DNA from: Escherichia coli
Lineage (GTDB): Bacteria > Pseudomonadota > Gammaproteobacteria > Enterobacterales > Enterobacteriaceae
Length of the DNA stretch: 64,000 bases
Assembly: GCF_036507355.1 (NCBI RefSeq)
Contig: NZ_AP027877.1
Direction: 5' to 3' (one strand)
Of this stretch, positions 1 to 12,748 are shown piece by piece (positions within the stretch are counted from its first letter, which is position 1; every line of letters starts with the position of its first letter). A program made the translations under genes and the position numbers. Under the pieces are notes generated by a model. That model saw only the letters and a program-made list of their open reading frames with translations. It ran no database searches and had not been told where the DNA came from.

Positions 1-1
1 G

Positions 2-61
2 GCGGATCTCGGCGTTAGCGTACGTCCGCGCTGGCCGCTGGCGGAGTTACCGGCTGCGTAA
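2..61 (+). CDS. tsaD: 3' end of tRNA threonylcarbamoyladenosine synthase TsaD (partial, runs off window start)
   Basis: In-frame tail ...ADLGVSVRPRWPLAELPAA ending at TAA 59-61; convergent with ttdT as expected from E. coli gene order; too short for the ORF track; identity recalled, not searched. Confidence 0.5.
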   Translation, partial: ADLGVSVRPRWPLAELPAA

Positions 62-70
62 AACTATTGG

Positions 71-98
71 GTGCCGGAGAGCAATTTCCGGCACCGTC
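71..98. terminator. Hairpin between convergent tsaD and ttdT
   Basis: Inverted repeat gtgccggagagcaatttccggcac in the 42-bp gap between two convergent stop codons. Confidence 0.45.
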
Positions 99-103
99 CT
101 TAC

Positions 104-1567
104 TTAAAGCAACACCACGGGCATCCACAGTAAGCCGGTAATCACCAGCAATACGAGGAATATCAGCCCAAAAATCGCCCCCAGTCGCCAGTAATCCACC
201 GTTGGCAGATAACCACTACCGTAGTAAATCGGACTGGGTCCGGTGGCGTATGGTGTAAGAATGCTCCCCAGACCAATTGCCGCGCCAACCATCAGGCAGA
301 ACACCGGCAGCGGGATTTCCGGCATCGCCAGCGCGGCGGCGATCATCATCGGTGCGAGGGCGGAGGTATACGCCGTGGCGCTGGCGAAAAAGTAGCGCAG
401 TAGATAAAACACCACAATCAACGCCACCATCACCACCGTTGGCGAATAACCGCTTAAGCTGCCTGCTAACAGTTTGCCAAACCAGCTAATAAAACCGGTG
501 TTGTTGAGTCCGGTCGCGAGGGTGATAAGCGAGGCCAGCCAGAAGAAAACGTTCCACGCCGCTTTATTACTGACAATATCGTCCCAACTGATAATGCGCA
601 GAAGCAGCATCAGCGCCACCACGCTGTAACCGACCATCGCGGCATCGATATAATCACCGCCGAAAATCCACAGCACCAGCGCGCCTACCATCAGCCCCAG
701 CATCCGTTTTTCACGCGAACAGAGCGGGCCCATTGCCTGCAGTTCCGTCTCTGCCCAGCGCGGTACCTGATCACCAGACTTCAGTACCGGCGGGTACAGC
801 ACGTAAGCCAGCCAGGGAACCAGCAGAACCAGTAAAATGCTGAGCGGCAACATCCCGAGGAACCAGTCGCCCCAACTCAGCGTGGCGCGAGATGCGCTTT
901 TCATCAGTCCAATTAACAGCAAGTTTGGTGCCATCGCCGTCAGGAAAATGGCGCTGGTCACGCAGTCGGCAACAATCCCCATCCACATGATGTACGAGCC
1001 AATGCTGCGTGAACTGCTGTCGTTTGGTTGTGATTGATAGAGCGGCGGCAGGTTACGGATGATGGGATAGATAATACCCGCACCACGCGCCGAGTTGGAC
1101 GGTGTTACAGGTGCGAGGATCAGCTCGGAGAACATCACCGCATAGCCGAGGAACAGCGTGCGATGCCCCATCTTTTTCACCAGAATCAGCGCGATACGTC
1201 GCCCCAGCCCGGTTTTTTCATAGCCTGTGCCAAACATAAAGGCGGCGAAAATCAGCCAGATAACCGAATTAGAAAAACCGGAAACCGCCCACGAGAGGGA
1301 TTTTGCAGTGAATTTAAAGCCTGGCTGGGCGAGCTGTTCGGGGCTGAACAGCAGCCAGGGAGAGAGTATGGCGATGATGGATATACCCACCATCGCCACC
1401 ACGGCACCCGGCACGGGTTCGAGGATCAGTCCAACGATTACGCCAGTAAAAACGGCAAAGTAGAGCCAGGTATGACTCTCCAGCCCTGCGGGAACCGGAA
1501 TTAGAGCAATAATGGCGATGACCGCCAGCGGCGCAAGGTATCGCCACCATTCAGTGGAAGGTTTCAT
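104..1567 (-). CDS. ttdT: L-tartrate/succinate antiporter (DASS family)
   Basis: 487-aa polytopic membrane ORF immediately downstream of ttdAB; matches TtdT length and hydrophobic profile. Confidence 0.9.
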   Translation of the reverse strand: MKPSTEWWRYLAPLAVIAIIALIPVPAGLESHTWLYFAVFTGVIVGLILEPVPGAVVAMVGISIIAILSPWLLFSPEQLAQPGFKFTAKSLSWAVSGFSNSVIWLIFAAFMFGTGYEKTGLGRRIALILVKKMGHRTLFLGYAVMFSELILAPVTPSNSARGAGIIYPIIRNLPPLYQSQPNDSSSRSIGSYIMWMGIVADCVTSAIFLTAMAPNLLLIGLMKSASRATLSWGDWFLGMLPLSILLVLLVPWLAYVLYPPVLKSGDQVPRWAETELQAMGPLCSREKRMLGLMVGALVLWIFGGDYIDAAMVGYSVVALMLLLRIISWDDIVSNKAAWNVFFWLASLITLATGLNNTGFISWFGKLLAGSLSGYSPTVVMVALIVVFYLLRYFFASATAYTSALAPMMIAAALAMPEIPLPVFCLMVGAAIGLGSILTPYATGPSPIYYGSGYLPTVDYWRLGAIFGLIFLVLLVITGLLWMPVVLL

Positions 1568-1615
1568 CGTGTTATGCCTGCGAAAAAGGAGAGGGGGCGA
1601 GCCTCTCCGGGAGGG

Positions 1616-2221
1616 TTATTTGATGTAATGGACGTGCTCGCAGATCTCTTCCACGATGGGATCGCGGCGTTCGGCGAACAGCTTTTTGTTTTCGGCTATC
1701 AGGTTGTTGCCGTGGGTATCAATAGAGACAATCAGCGGGCCGAACTCTTTGACCCGGCAGACCCACAGTGACTCCGGCATCCCGAGTTCTGTCCAGTGCA
1801 CTTCTTCAATCTCTTCTACCTGGGTTGCCGCCAGCACCGCGCAGCCTGCCGGGAAAATCACATGTAGCGCCTTGAATTTCTGGCAGCCTTCTTCGGTCAG
1901 CGGCCCCATTCCGCCTTTGCCGACCACCAGTTTCACGCCGGTCTGCTCGATAAATTCACGTTCAAAACTTTCCATACGCATACTGGTTGTCGGACCGACG
2001 GAGACCATCTCCCATTTGTCGCCGTTTTTGCGCACGATGGGGCCAGCGTGGAAAATCGCTTTGCCGTTGAGATCGTAAGGGATCGGACGTTTCAGTTCGA
2101 TCAAGCGGCGGTGACAAACGTCACGGCAGGTCACCAGCGTACCGGTCAGGTAGATCACATCGCCGACGCGAATATCTTGCAGATCTTCAGCTTTGATCGG
2201 GGTTGTCAGGATCTTTTTCAT
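1616..2221 (-). CDS. ttdB: L(+)-tartrate dehydratase beta subunit
   Basis: 201-aa ORF overlapping the ttdA stop by 4 nt; fumarase class I C-terminal-domain-like. Confidence 0.9.
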
Positions 2222-3129
2222 AACGCGCTCCGGGTGTGAGACAGATTTTCAAAGGAGAGATCGGCATGAACCAGCAGTGTGCCGCGACGATGCGCCCAGC
2301 AGCCTGTAGAAACAGCAACGCCGATGGTTGACGGATGGCGGGCGGCAGATTCGATATGCACGCCCATCACTGAACTGTTGCCAGTCAGCCCTTGTGGACC
2401 AATCCCCAGACGGTTGAGTCCTTCTTCCAGGCGTAGCTCCAGCTCTGCCGCTTTTGGATTGGGATGGCGGCTGCCAATCGGGCGCAAAATGGCTTTTCGC
2501 GAGAGCACGGCGGCGGTTTCCACCGAGGTGGCGATGCCCACGCCCACCAGTACCGGTGGACAGGCGTTTACGGCGAGGGTGGAGATATTTTCGAAGACGA
2601 ATTTCACTACGCCTTCGTAGCCTTCTGACGGCATTAACACTTTCGAGCGGCCTGGTAGCGTGCAGCCGCCGCCTGCCATGTAAACTTCGATTTCCGCATC
2701 GTCACCGTCGGGGACGATATCCCAGGTGACCCACGGTACGCCGCTGCCGGTATTTTTGCCTGTGTTCACTTCGTCAAAAATTTCTACCGCATTGTGACGT
2801 AGTGGCGCTTTGACGGTTGCCTCTTCCACGGCTTGTTTGAGTATGCTTTGCAGCTCGCCAAGCAGTGGGAAGCGGGAACCGACTTTAACGAAGAACATAA
2901 TCTCCCCGGTGTCCTGACAGGCAGGACGATTCAGGTCAATCGCTTTTTGCATGTTGTCGAACATCGTATGGTAGATAATTTTCCCCATCGACGACGTTTC
3001 GGCATCCTTTAGCTGTTTTAGTTTATCCACCACGTCATCAGGCATTCGGGTAGAAATCATGGCGGTAAAGTTAGCGACAATCTCCGTCAACTTATTCACT
3101 GCCTGTTGCTTATTACTTTCGCTCATCAT
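2218..3129 (-). CDS. ttdA: L(+)-tartrate dehydratase alpha subunit
   Basis: ORF 2218..3183; start placed at ATG 3129 (MMSESNKQQ..., 303 aa); Fe-S hydro-lyase alpha-type sequence. Confidence 0.9.
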
Positions 3130-3335
3130 GGCAACTCCAGTTTTTGTATTTGTCTGGAAAAATTCACCGCCACAAACTACCACTAAAAATGTGGTTTTAT
3201 ATTTTTTGCCACCGTGAATATGTAATTAACAGTTCGTGAATCAACGCGAAAATAAGAATGAATATTGCGCCAGAGCAGGGAATGGCAATGTTTTGCGAAA
3301 TACACTGCGCTTATCACAACTGCGGATAATTAACG
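3130..3335. promoter_or_regulatory. Divergent ttdR / ttdA control region
   Basis: AT-rich 206-bp gap between divergent LysR regulator and its target operon. Confidence 0.5.
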
Positions 3336-4268
3336 ATGCTGAATAGCTGGCCTTTAGCCAAAGATTTGCAGGTACTGGTAGAAATCGTCCACAGCGGGAG
3401 TTTTAGCGCCGCAGCGGCGACCCTTGGGCAAACGCCTGCATTCGTCACCAAGCGGATCCAAATCCTTGAAAATACGCTGGCAACAACGCTGCTGAACCGA
3501 TCCGCTCGCGGCGTGGCGCTGACTGAAAGTGGCCAACGTTGTTACGAACATGCGCTGGAAATCCTCACCCAATATCAGCGACTGGTCGATGACGTCACGC
3601 AAATCAAAACGCGCCCGGAGGGGATGATTCGTATTGGCTGTAGTTTTGGTTTTGGGCGCAGCCATATTGCGCCAGCCATTACCGAACTGATGCGCAATTA
3701 TCCTGAGTTACAGGTGCATTTTGAATTGTTCGATCGACAAATTGATTTAGTGCAGGATAATATTGATCTGGATATTCGTATTAATGACGAAATTCCTGAT
3801 TATTATATTGCGCATCTGTTAACGAAAAATAAAAGAATATTATGCGCAGCACCTGAGTATCTGCAAAAATATCCGCAGCCACAATCCTTACAGGAATTAA
3901 GTCGTCATGACTGTCTGGTGACCAAAGAGCGCGATATGACCCACGGAATATGGGAGTTGGGGAACGGTCAGGAGAAAAAATCGGTGAAGGTTAGCGGGCA
4001 TCTTTCCTCCAATAGCGGCGAGATAGTGCTGCAATGGGCGCTGGAGGGCAAAGGGATTATGCTGCGTTCCGAGTGGGATGTGTTGCCGTTTCTGGAGAGT
4101 GGCAAACTGGTGCGAGTATTGCCGGAGTATGCACAAAGCGCCAATATCTGGGCTGTTTACCGGGAGCCGCTCTATCGCAGCATGAAATTACGTGTCTGCG
4201 TGGAATTTCTGGCGGCATGGTGCCAGCAACGGCTGGGCAAGCCCGATGAAGGCTATCAGGTCATGTAG
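3336..4268 (+). CDS. ttdR: LysR-family transcriptional activator of the ttd operon
   Basis: 310-aa ORF with N-terminal HTH and LysR substrate-binding domain, divergent from ttdA. Confidence 0.9.
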   Translation: MLNSWPLAKDLQVLVEIVHSGSFSAAAATLGQTPAFVTKRIQILENTLATTLLNRSARGVALTESGQRCYEHALEILTQYQRLVDDVTQIKTRPEGMIRIGCSFGFGRSHIAPAITELMRNYPELQVHFELFDRQIDLVQDNIDLDIRINDEIPDYYIAHLLTKNKRILCAAPEYLQKYPQPQSLQELSRHDCLVTKERDMTHGIWELGNGQEKKSVKVSGHLSSNSGEIVLQWALEGKGIMLRSEWDVLPFLESGKLVRVLPEYAQSANIWAVYREPLYRSMKLRVCVEFLAAWCQQRLGKPDEGYQVM

Positions 4269-4280
4269 ATCCACCAGAAA

Positions 4281-4898
4281 TCACTCGGGATCCTTTTCGC
4301 GCTTTCTTTTGAATTTCGTCCAGATTTTTGTCTCCTGACGACGCCACAGACGCTGGATGTTGTCATGATGACGCAGCAGGATCAGGCAAGAGAGCATCGA
4401 AACCGGGAAGGTGAATTGTGGCTTAAACCACCAGACATAAAACGGAGCAATCAGTGCACTGACAATCGCTCCCAGCGACGAGTATCCGCTCAATAGCACG
4501 GTCAGTAACCAGGTTCCCGCCATTACTCCGGTGAGATCCCAGCCAATGGGTGCGATGGCACCAAAAGCGGTAGCAACGCCTTTTCCTCCTTTAAAACCGA
4601 AGAAAACGGGCCAGATGTGTCCAAGACAGGCGGCGATGGCAATTAAGCCTAGCCAGAAGGGGCTGACACCTAATTCATACGCGCCCCAGACAGGCAACAT
4701 TCCTTTCAGAACGTCGAAAATCAGTACTGCTACGGCTGCTCCCTTGCCACCGATACGTAACACATTGGTTGCGCCAGGATTGCCGGAGCCGCTGGTTCGC
4801 GGATCGGGCAGCCCACACAAGCGGCAAACCAGAATGGCACTGGAAATGGAGCCGCAGAGGTACGCGATGAGGATCATTCCAGGCGCGATTGCACTCAT
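4281..4898 (-). CDS. plsY: Glycerol-3-phosphate acyltransferase PlsY
   Basis: 205-aa membrane protein, PlsY/YgiH family. Confidence 0.9.
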
Positions 4899-5002
4899 AA
4901 GCTGTTCCGTTTTGAAAATTCGTGTTCAACGATGAATCTGTGGATAATACGCACATTTCGCCGGAAGTGGTATCCGGTTAGCCAAAAAGCAGGCAGGACG
5001 TG

Positions 5003-5371
5003 ATGGATATTGTATTTATAGAGCAACTTTCGGTAATCACCACTATTGGTGTTTACGACTGGGAACAGACCATCGAACAGAAGTTAGTGTTCGATATCGA
5101 AATGGCGTGGGATAACCGTAAAGCGGCGAAAAGTGATGATGTGGCGGATTGCCTCAGCTACGCTGACATTGCAGAAACGGTGGTCAGCCACGTCGAGGGG
5201 GCTCGTTTTGCGCTGGTGGAGCGCGTGGCGGAAGAGGTGGCGGAGCTGCTGTTAGCACGCTTCAACTCGCCGTGGGTGCGTATCAAACTCAGCAAGCCAG
5301 GCGCAGTGGCGCGGGCGGCGAATGTTGGCGTAATCATTGAGCGTGGCAATAATCTGAAAGAAAATAATTAA
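5003..5371 (+). CDS. folB: Dihydroneopterin aldolase
   Basis: ORF 5000..5371; MDIVFIEQLSVITTIGVYDWEQ... typical FolB; start at second ATG. Confidence 0.9.
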   Translation: MDIVFIEQLSVITTIGVYDWEQTIEQKLVFDIEMAWDNRKAAKSDDVADCLSYADIAETVVSHVEGARFALVERVAEEVAELLLARFNSPWVRIKLSKPGAVARAANVGVIIERGNNLKENN

Positions 5372-5461
5372 TTTTACAGCTGTTAAACCAAACGGTTATA
5401 ACCTGGTCATACTGCAGTAGTTCGGACAAGCGGTACATTTTAATAATTTAGGGGTTTATTG

Positions 5462-6283
5462 ATGAGCGATATGCACTCGCTGCTGATAGCGGCAATATTG
5501 GGTGTGGTCGAAGGATTGACAGAATTTCTGCCGGTATCCAGCACGGGCCATATGATTATTGTCGGTCACTTGTTGGGGTTTGAGGGCGACACGGCGAAAA
5601 CCTTTGAAGTTGTGATCCAGTTAGGATCAATTCTGGCGGTAGTAGTGATGTTCTGGCGGCGTCTGTTTGGCCTGATTGGCATCCACTTTGGCCGCCCGTT
5701 GCAGCACGAAGGTGAAAGCAAAGGTCGTTTAACGCTGATCCACATTTTGCTGGGGATGATTCCGGCGGTGGTACTGGGGCTGTTGTTCCACGACACGATT
5801 AAGTCATTGTTTAACCCGATAAATGTGATGTATGCGCTGGTCGTTGGCGGTTTGTTGCTGATTGCCGCCGAATGCCTGAAGCCGAAAGAGCCGCGTGCGC
5901 CGGGTCTTGATGATATGACCTATCGTCAGGCGTTTATGATTGGCTGTTTCCAGTGTCTGGCGCTGTGGCCGGGTTTCTCCCGTTCTGGGGCGACCATTTC
6001 AGGTGGGATGCTGATGGGGGTGAGCCGTTACGCTGCTTCCGAGTTTTCGTTCCTGCTGGCGGTGCCGATGATGATGGGCGCAACGGCGCTCGATCTCTAC
6101 AAAAGCTGGGGCTTCCTGACAAGCGGCGATATCCCGATGTTTGCCGTTGGGTTTATCACCGCTTTTGTGGTGGCGCTGATAGCGATTAAAACCTTCCTGC
6201 AATTGATTAAGCGCATTTCGTTTATCCCGTTCGCCATTTATCGCTTTATTGTGGCGGCTGCGGTGTATGTCGTGTTCTTTTGA
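5462..6283 (+). CDS. uppP: Undecaprenyl-diphosphate phosphatase (BacA/UppP)
   Basis: ORF 5459..6283; 273-aa polytopic membrane protein, BacA family. Confidence 0.9.
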
Positions 6284-6289
6284 TTGAGG

Positions 6290-6372
6290 AATAGTGTCGG
6301 ATGCCTGGCGTTGTCCAAGATTGCGTAGGCCGAATAAGGCGTTCACGCCGCATCCGGCAAAATGCCCAATAC
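6290..6372. repeat. REP (repetitive extragenic palindromic) element
   Basis: gccggatgcggcgtgaacgccttattcggcctac-type palindromic unit between uppP and cca. Confidence 0.7.
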
Positions 6373-7611
6373 TCATTCAGGCTTTGGGCAACGTTGTTCC
6401 TTCCAGCTGGCTACCGCCGCAATCCGCCGTCGGGTCAGCTCCTCGCGAATCTCCACACCTTTAAATCCCGCTTCAACGACGGCTTTTGTCGGCACTGACT
6501 GCGCCACTTCCCAGGCTTCGCGCAACCAACGGCCTTGCGGGTAGTCCGCTGATTCAAAACCGGTTCTGCCGCGCACGTCAGCCTCGCTGGTCAGCGCCAG
6601 TTGCTCGACACGCTGCGGTTTACGCCAGGCATCGATGGAATCAAATAATTTGACGATGGTTTTTGGGTTCAGCATTGGGAAGGTGTGGATGAGATCGTGA
6701 AACTCAGCCACCAGTCTGGCTAAATCGCGAATTTCATTTGGCACGCGCAGACGCTGGCATAGTTGTTCCACTAACTTAACACCCGCCGGGCCATGACCAT
6801 GATGACGCGGCCAGAGTTCTGGCGGCGTCAGTCCTTTACCGAGATCGTGGCATAAAGTTGCGAAACGGACATCGACCTGCGGACTCAGCATCGCCGCCAT
6901 TGAGAGCGTCATTAAGGTATGAATACCCGTGTCGATTTCCGGATGCCACTTGGCAGGGGCCGGAACACCAAACAGGGCGTCAATTTCCGGGAATAAAACG
7001 CGCAGTGCGCCGCAATCGCGCAGTACCTGGAAGAACACCTGTGGATTGCGGGTGGTGAGGGCGTTTTCTGTCTCTTTCCATACCCGTTCAGGCGTCAGGT
7101 GTTCCAGTTCACCCGCATGGGTCATCTCGCGCATCAACGCCAGAGTTTCATCGGCAATACGAAAACCGAGGTGGGCATAACGCGCAGCAAAACGCGCCAC
7201 GCGCAATACGCGTAACGGATCTTCGCCAAAAGCGGGGGAAACATGGCGCAACAGACGATTTTGCAGATCGCCCAGACCGTTGTACGGGTCGATAATCTCG
7301 CCGTTATCGTCCTGGGCCAGCGCATTAATGGTCAGATCGCGACGCTTAAGATCATCTTCCAGCGTGACATCCGGTGCGGCATAGCAGGTAAAACCGGTGT
7401 AACCGGAGCCGGATTTCCGTTCGGTACGTGCCAGCGCATACTCTTCATGCGTTTGCGGATGCAGAAACACAGGAAAATCGCGGCCTACCTGCTGGTAGCC
7501 CGCGTCGAGCATCTCCTGTGGCGTAGTGCCGACCACTACCCAATCTCTGTCTTTGACCGGTAGCCCTAACAATGCATCCCGAACAGCACCACCGACCAGA
7601 TAAATCTTCAC
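6373..7611 (-). CDS. cca: CCA-adding tRNA nucleotidyltransferase
   Basis: 412-aa ORF, N-terminal GG.VRD nucleotidyltransferase motif and HD domain (LCHDLGKG). Confidence 0.92.
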   Translation of the reverse strand: MKIYLVGGAVRDALLGLPVKDRDWVVVGTTPQEMLDAGYQQVGRDFPVFLHPQTHEEYALARTERKSGSGYTGFTCYAAPDVTLEDDLKRRDLTINALAQDDNGEIIDPYNGLGDLQNRLLRHVSPAFGEDPLRVLRVARFAARYAHLGFRIADETLALMREMTHAGELEHLTPERVWKETENALTTRNPQVFFQVLRDCGALRVLFPEIDALFGVPAPAKWHPEIDTGIHTLMTLSMAAMLSPQVDVRFATLCHDLGKGLTPPELWPRHHGHGPAGVKLVEQLCQRLRVPNEIRDLARLVAEFHDLIHTFPMLNPKTIVKLFDSIDAWRKPQRVEQLALTSEADVRGRTGFESADYPQGRWLREAWEVAQSVPTKAVVEAGFKGVEIREELTRRRIAAVASWKEQRCPKPE

Positions 7612-7674
7612 GCCATCATCCCTTCGTCAAATACACAATTCCTAATAATAAGACAGTGCAACGAAGAAGGCGAT

Positions 7675-8295
7675 TTAGTTCATCCAGCGATCTTTGCGTT
7701 TGCGGCTTGGGATCAGGTGCGGCAGTACCAGACCGAGCAGCAAGCCAAGCCCCAGCACGCCACCGCCATACATAAACCATTGCATGATGATGGTGCGCTG
7801 TTTGTCATCCAGCTGTACGCTGGCGGCATCGACCTTTTTCTGTGCGACAATCAGCTCGTTTTTCAGTTTCTGATTTTCTTCTTTTAACCCGTTGATCACG
7901 CTGTCGCTCTGCGCCACTTTTTGCTGCATTTCTGCGGTGCGCTGATTCCAGGTGTTATCGATATTGGTGAGTTTATCGGTCAGGGTTTTGACCTGATTTT
8001 CCAGATCTGGCACACGGGAGCGCAGGCTTGGCTCAGTGCTAAGTTGTTTCAACGGGATCCAGGCGGTACGGCCAGAGCTGTCTTTCACCTGGGCATAATT
8101 GGTGTTGGCGTCAGTTTGTAATAAGGTCACTTCCTCGCCGGCGTTAACCGTGCCCACGAGGCGATAATGATCTCCCGGACCGCTGCGGACCCAGGTATTC
8201 AGTTCGTCGGAAACATAGCGCGTTTCTTCAGCGTGTGAGACGGCAGTCGCGCTAAGTGCGAGTAAAGTTAATCCGATCAGGCGTAATTTTGGCAT
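7675..8295 (-). CDS. ygiM: SH3-domain protein with signal peptide and C-terminal membrane anchor
   Basis: 206-aa ORF; signal peptide, coiled-coil, C-terminal TM helix. Confidence 0.85.
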   Translation of the reverse strand: MPKLRLIGLTLLALSATAVSHAEETRYVSDELNTWVRSGPGDHYRLVGTVNAGEEVTLLQTDANTNYAQVKDSSGRTAWIPLKQLSTEPSLRSRVPDLENQVKTLTDKLTNIDNTWNQRTAEMQQKVAQSDSVINGLKEENQKLKNELIVAQKKVDAASVQLDDKQRTIIMQWFMYGGGVLGLGLLLGLVLPHLIPSRKRKDRWMN

Positions 8296-8536
8296 CAGGC
8301 TGTCGTTATTGTCATGGAAAGTGGAACGATAGTAGTGGCATCAGTGTCGCTACGCAAAGCATTCGACATCAATCGGAATCCTCTGTGTCAGGTCTTGCCA
8401 CTGCTTCAAACTTTTACGCCCGTCAAATTGCCCGTTGCATGGCAATTTGGCGCAAAATACTATCTACTGACAAAAAAGATCGCATTAAGTTCGCCGTTCA
8501 TCGTCACTTATGTGACATAACCGATAAGTAAAGGCC

Positions 8537-9838
8537 ATGGCTCAGGAAATCGAATTAAAGTTTATTGTTAATCACAGTGCCGTTGAGGCGTTGCGTGACC
8601 ATCTCAATACGCTGGGCGGCGAGCACCATGACCCCGTGCAGTTGCTGAATATTTACTACGAAACGCCGGATAACTGGCTGCGTGGGCACGATATGGGCCT
8701 GCGTATTCGTGGCGAAAACGGTCGCTATGAGATGACCATGAAAGTCGCAGGAAGAGTGACAGGCGGCTTACACCAGCGCCCGGAATATAACGTGGCGTTG
8801 AGCGATCCGACGCTCGACCTGGCGCAGTTTCCCTCGGAAGTCTGGCCGAACGGCGAATTGCCTGCCGATCTCGCTTCCCGCCTACAACCGCTGTTCAGCA
8901 CCGATTTTTATCGCGAAAAATGGCTGGTGGCGGTCGATGGCAGCCGAATTGAAATCGCTCTCGATCAGGGGGAGGTGAAAGCGGGGGAATTTGCTGAATC
9001 TATCTGTGAGCTGGAACTGGAACTGCTTAGCGGCGACACGCGCGCGGTGCTGAAACTGGCGAACCAACTGGTATCGCAAACCGGATTACGCCAGGGCAGC
9101 CTGAGCAAAGCGGCGCGTGGCTATCATCTGGCGCAGGGCAATCTGGCGCGTGAAATCAAACCGACCACCATTTTGCATGTTGCGGCAAAAGCCGATGTGG
9201 AACAGGGGCTGGAAGCGGCGCTCGAGCTGGCGTTAGCGCAATGGCAGTATCATGAAGAACTGTGGGTACGCGGCAACGATGCGGCGAAAGAACAGGTGCT
9301 GGCAGCCATTAGCTTGGTCCGTCATACGCTGATGCTGTTCGGTGGTATTGTGCCGCGTAAAGCGAGCACTCACTTACGTGATTTGCTGACCCAATGCGAA
9401 GCGACCATTGCTTCTGCGGTTTCTGCCGTGACGGCGGTCTACTCTACCGAAACGGCAATGGCGAAGCTGGCGTTGACCGAATGGTTGGTAAGCAAAGCAT
9501 GGCAGCCATTTTTAGATGCCAAAGCGCAGGGCAAAATCAGCGACTCCTTCAAACGCTTTGCCGATATCCATCTTTCCCGCCATGCCGCTGAACTGAAAAG
9601 CGTTTTCTGCCAGCCGTTAGGCGATCGCTACCGTGACCAGTTGCCACGCCTGACGCGTGATATTGACTCAATACTGTTGCTGGCGGGTTACTATGATCCT
9701 GTCGTCGCGCAAGCCTGGCTGGAGAACTGGCAGGGGCTGCATCACGCTATTGCGACCGGGCAACGCATCGAAATTGAACATTTCCGTAATGAGGCAAACA
9801 ATCAGGAACCGTTCTGGTTGCACAGCGGAAAACGTTAA
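8537..9838 (+). CDS. ygiF: Inorganic triphosphatase (CYTH domain)
   Basis: 433 aa; N-terminal EIELKF CYTH signature. Confidence 0.9.
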   Translation: MAQEIELKFIVNHSAVEALRDHLNTLGGEHHDPVQLLNIYYETPDNWLRGHDMGLRIRGENGRYEMTMKVAGRVTGGLHQRPEYNVALSDPTLDLAQFPSEVWPNGELPADLASRLQPLFSTDFYREKWLVAVDGSRIEIALDQGEVKAGEFAESICELELELLSGDTRAVLKLANQLVSQTGLRQGSLSKAARGYHLAQGNLAREIKPTTILHVAAKADVEQGLEAALELALAQWQYHEELWVRGNDAAKEQVLAAISLVRHTLMLFGGIVPRKASTHLRDLLTQCEATIASAVSAVTAVYSTETAMAKLALTEWLVSKAWQPFLDAKAQGKISDSFKRFADIHLSRHAAELKSVFCQPLGDRYRDQLPRLTRDIDSILLLAGYYDPVVAQAWLENWQGLHHAIATGQRIEIEHFRNEANNQEPFWLHSGKR

Positions 9839-9860
9839 TCAGGCAAGGATAAAATCGCTT

Positions 9861-12701
9861 ATGAAGCCGCTCTCTTCACCGTTACAGCAGTACTGGCAGA
9901 CCGTTGTTGAGCGGCTGCCAGAGCCTTTAGCCGAGGAATCACTTAGCGCACAGGCGAAGTCAGTACTTACTTTTAGTGACTTTGTGCAGGACAGCGTGAT
10001 TGCGCATCCAGAGTGGCTGACGGAACTGGAAAGCCAACCGCCGCAGGCCGACGAATGGCAGCATTACGCGGCATGGTTGCAGGAGGCGCTCATTAATGTG
10101 AGTGACGAAGCCGGGTTAATGCGCGAGCTGCGGCTGTTCCGTCGGCGCATCATGGTACGTATCGCCTGGGCGCAAACGCTGGCACTGGTTACTGAAGAGA
10201 GCATATTGCAGCAGCTCAGCTATCTGGCGGAGACGCTGATTGTTGCGGCGCGTGACTGGCTATATGACGCCTGCTGCCGCGAGTGGGGAACGCCGTGCAA
10301 TGCGCAGGGCGAAGCGCAACCGCTGCTGATTTTAGGCATGGGTAAGCTGGGCGGCGGGGAACTGAATTTCTCCTCTGATATCGATCTGATTTTTGCCTGG
10401 CCGGAACATGGTTGTACGCAGGGTGGACGCCGGGAACTGGATAACGCGCAGTTTTTTACCCGCATGGGGCAGCGGCTGATTAAAGTGCTGGATCAACCAA
10501 CGCAGGATGGCTTCGTCTATCGCGTGGATATGCGGCTGCGTCCGTTTGGCGAAAGTGGCCCGCTGGTGCTGAGCTTTGCGGCGCTGGAAGATTATTACCA
10601 GGAGCAGGGGCGCGACTGGGAGCGTTACGCGATGGTCAAGACGCGGATTATGGGCGATAGCGAAGGCGTCTATGCTAACGAGTTGCGTGCGATGCTGCGC
10701 CCGTTTGTTTTCCGTCGTTACATCGATTTCAGTGTGATTCAGTCGCTGCGCAACATGAAAGGAATGATTGCCCGTGAAGTGCGTCGACGCGGTTTGACCG
10801 ACAACATCAAACTTGGCGCGGGTGGCATTCGCGAAATTGAATTTATCGTCCAGGTGTTCCAGCTCATTCGCGGTGGGCGTGAACCGTCGCTGCAATCGCG
10901 CTCTTTACTGCCAACGCTCAGCACCATTGCCGCGCTGCATCTGCTTTCTGAAAACGATGCCGAACAATTACGAGTCGCATATCTGTTCCTGCGGCGTCTG
11001 GAAAACCTGCTGCAAAGCATTAACGACGAACAAACCCAGACGCTTCCTTCTGATGAGCTTAACCGTGCGCGGCTGGCGTGGGCGATGGACTTTGCTGACT
11101 GGCCGCAATTGACCGTGGCGCTGACCGCACATATGACCAATGTGCGCCGGGTGTTTAATGAATTGATTGGCGACGATGAAAGTGAAACTCAGGAAGAGTC
11201 GCTGTCGGAACAGTGGCGTGAGCTGTGGCAGGATGCGTTGCAGGAAGATGACACCACGCCAGTGCTGGCACATCTTAGCGAAGATGATCGCAAACAGGTG
11301 CTAATGCTGATTGCTGATTTCCGCAAAGAGCTGGATAAGCGCACAATCGGGCCGCGAGGACGTCAGGTGCTCGACCATCTGATGCCGCATCTGCTAAGTG
11401 ATGTCTGTGCGCGTGAAGACGCTGCTGTCACGTTGTCGCGCATTACCGCCTTGCTGGTGGGGATTGTTACCCGCACAACCTATTTAGAATTGCTCAGTGA
11501 ATTCCCTGCGGCGCTTAAGCATTTGATTTCTCTGTGTGCCGCATCGCCGATGATTGCCAGCCAGCTAGCGCGTTATCCATTATTGCTGGATGAACTGCTC
11601 GATCCAAACACGCTCTACCAACCGACGGCAACCGATGCTTACCGTGATGAGTTGCGCCAGTATTTGCTGCGCGTGCCGGAAGATGACGAAGAACAACAGC
11701 TTGAGGCGCTGCGTCAGTTCAAACAGGCGCAGCTGTTACGCATCGCCGCAGCGGATATCGCCGGTACGCTACCGGTGATGAAAGTGAGCGATCACTTAAC
11801 CTGGCTGGCGGAAGCTATGATAGATGCCGTCGTTCAGCAGGCGTGGGTTCAAATGGTGGCCCGCTACGGTAAGCCAAATCACCTCAACGAACGCGAAGGG
11901 CGTGGTTTTGCGGTGGTCGGCTACGGCAAGCTGGGCGGCTGGGAGTTAGGCTACAGTTCCGATCTTGACCTGATCTTCCTCCATGATTGCCCAATGGATG
12001 CGATGACTGACGGCGAGCGGGAAATCGACGGACGACAGTTTTATCTGCGTCTGGCGCAACGCATTATGCACCTGTTCAGCACGCGAACCTCTTCCGGCAT
12101 TTTGTACGAAGTGGATGCGCGGCTGCGCCCGTCCGGGGCGGCGGGAATGCTGGTGACATCCGCAGAAGCATTTGCCGATTATCAGAAAAACGAGGCCTGG
12201 ACGTGGGAACATCAGGCGCTGGTGCGTGCGCGTGTAGTGTACGGCGATCCGCAGCTCACCGCGCACTTTGACGCGGTGCGTCGTGAGATTATGGCGCTGC
12301 CGCGCGAAGGCAAAACCCTGCAAACAGAAGTGCGGGAAATGCGCGAGAAAATGCGCGCTCATCTCGGCAATAAACATCGCGATCGCTTTGATATCAAAGC
12401 CGATGAAGGCGGAATTACCGATATCGAATTTATTACCCAATATCTGGTGTTGCGCTACGCTCATGAAAAACCGAAGTTAACGCGCTGGTCAGACAACGTG
12501 CGCATTCTGGAACTGCTGGCGCAAAACGACATTATGGAAGAGCAGGAAGCGATGGCGCTGACCCGTGCTTACACGACGCTTCGCGATGAACTTCATCATC
12601 TGGCATTACAGGAATTGCCGGGCCATGTGTCGGAGGATTGCTTCACCGCAGAGCGTGATTTGGTGCGGGCAAGCTGGCAGAAGTGGCTGGTGGAAGAATG
12701 A
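9861..12701 (+). CDS. glnE: Glutamine synthetase adenylyltransferase / adenylyl-removing enzyme
   Basis: ORF track starts at 9657 but start placed at ATG 9861 ([13 protein letters not shown], 946 aa); two nucleotidyltransferase motifs GKLGG.EL..SD.DL. Confidence 0.92.
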   Translation: MKPLSSPLQQYWQTVVERLPEPLAEESLSAQAKSVLTFSDFVQDSVIAHPEWLTELESQPPQADEWQHYAAWLQEALINVSDEAGLMRELRLFRRRIMVRIAWAQTLALVTEESILQQLSYLAETLIVAARDWLYDACCREWGTPCNAQGEAQPLLILGMGKLGGGELNFSSDIDLIFAWPEHGCTQGGRRELDNAQFFTRMGQRLIKVLDQPTQDGFVYRVDMRLRPFGESGPLVLSFAALEDYYQEQGRDWERYAMVKTRIMGDSEGVYANELRAMLRPFVFRRYIDFSVIQSLRNMKGMIAREVRRRGLTDNIKLGAGGIREIEFIVQVFQLIRGGREPSLQSRSLLPTLSTIAALHLLSENDAEQLRVAYLFLRRLENLLQSINDEQTQTLPSDELNRARLAWAMDFADWPQLTVALTAHMTNVRRVFNELIGDDESETQEESLSEQWRELWQDALQEDDTTPVLAHLSEDDRKQVLMLIADFRKELDKRTIGPRGRQVLDHLMPHLLSDVCAREDAAVTLSRITALLVGIVTRTTYLELLSEFPAALKHLISLCAASPMIASQLARYPLLLDELLDPNTLYQPTATDAYRDELRQYLLRVPEDDEEQQLEALRQFKQAQLLRIAAADIAGTLPVMKVSDHLTWLAEAMIDAVVQQAWVQMVARYGKPNHLNEREGRGFAVVGYGKLGGWELGYSSDLDLIFLHDCPMDAMTDGEREIDGRQFYLRLAQRIMHLFSTRTSSGILYEVDARLRPSGAAGMLVTSAEAFADYQKNEAWTWEHQALVRARVVYGDPQLTAHFDAVRREIMALPREGKTLQTEVREMREKMRAHLGNKHRDRFDIKADEGGITDIEFITQYLVLRYAHEKPKLTRWSDNVRILELLAQNDIMEEQEAMALTRAYTTLRDELHHLALQELPGHVSEDCFTAERDLVRASWQKWLVEE

Positions 12702-12748
12702 AGTATGGTATTATCGCGCGCAAATTTTGAATCTCTCAGGAGACAGGA

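Noticed and set aside
1034-1504. 156-aa + strand ORF and several 60-90-aa ORFs inside ttdT
   Set aside because: Antisense to a clearly coding membrane-transporter gene; no start context or features.
9657-9860. Upstream extension of glnE to 1014 aa
   Set aside because: The extension overlaps the 3' end of ygiF in another frame; the ATG at 9861 gives the expected 946-aa protein.
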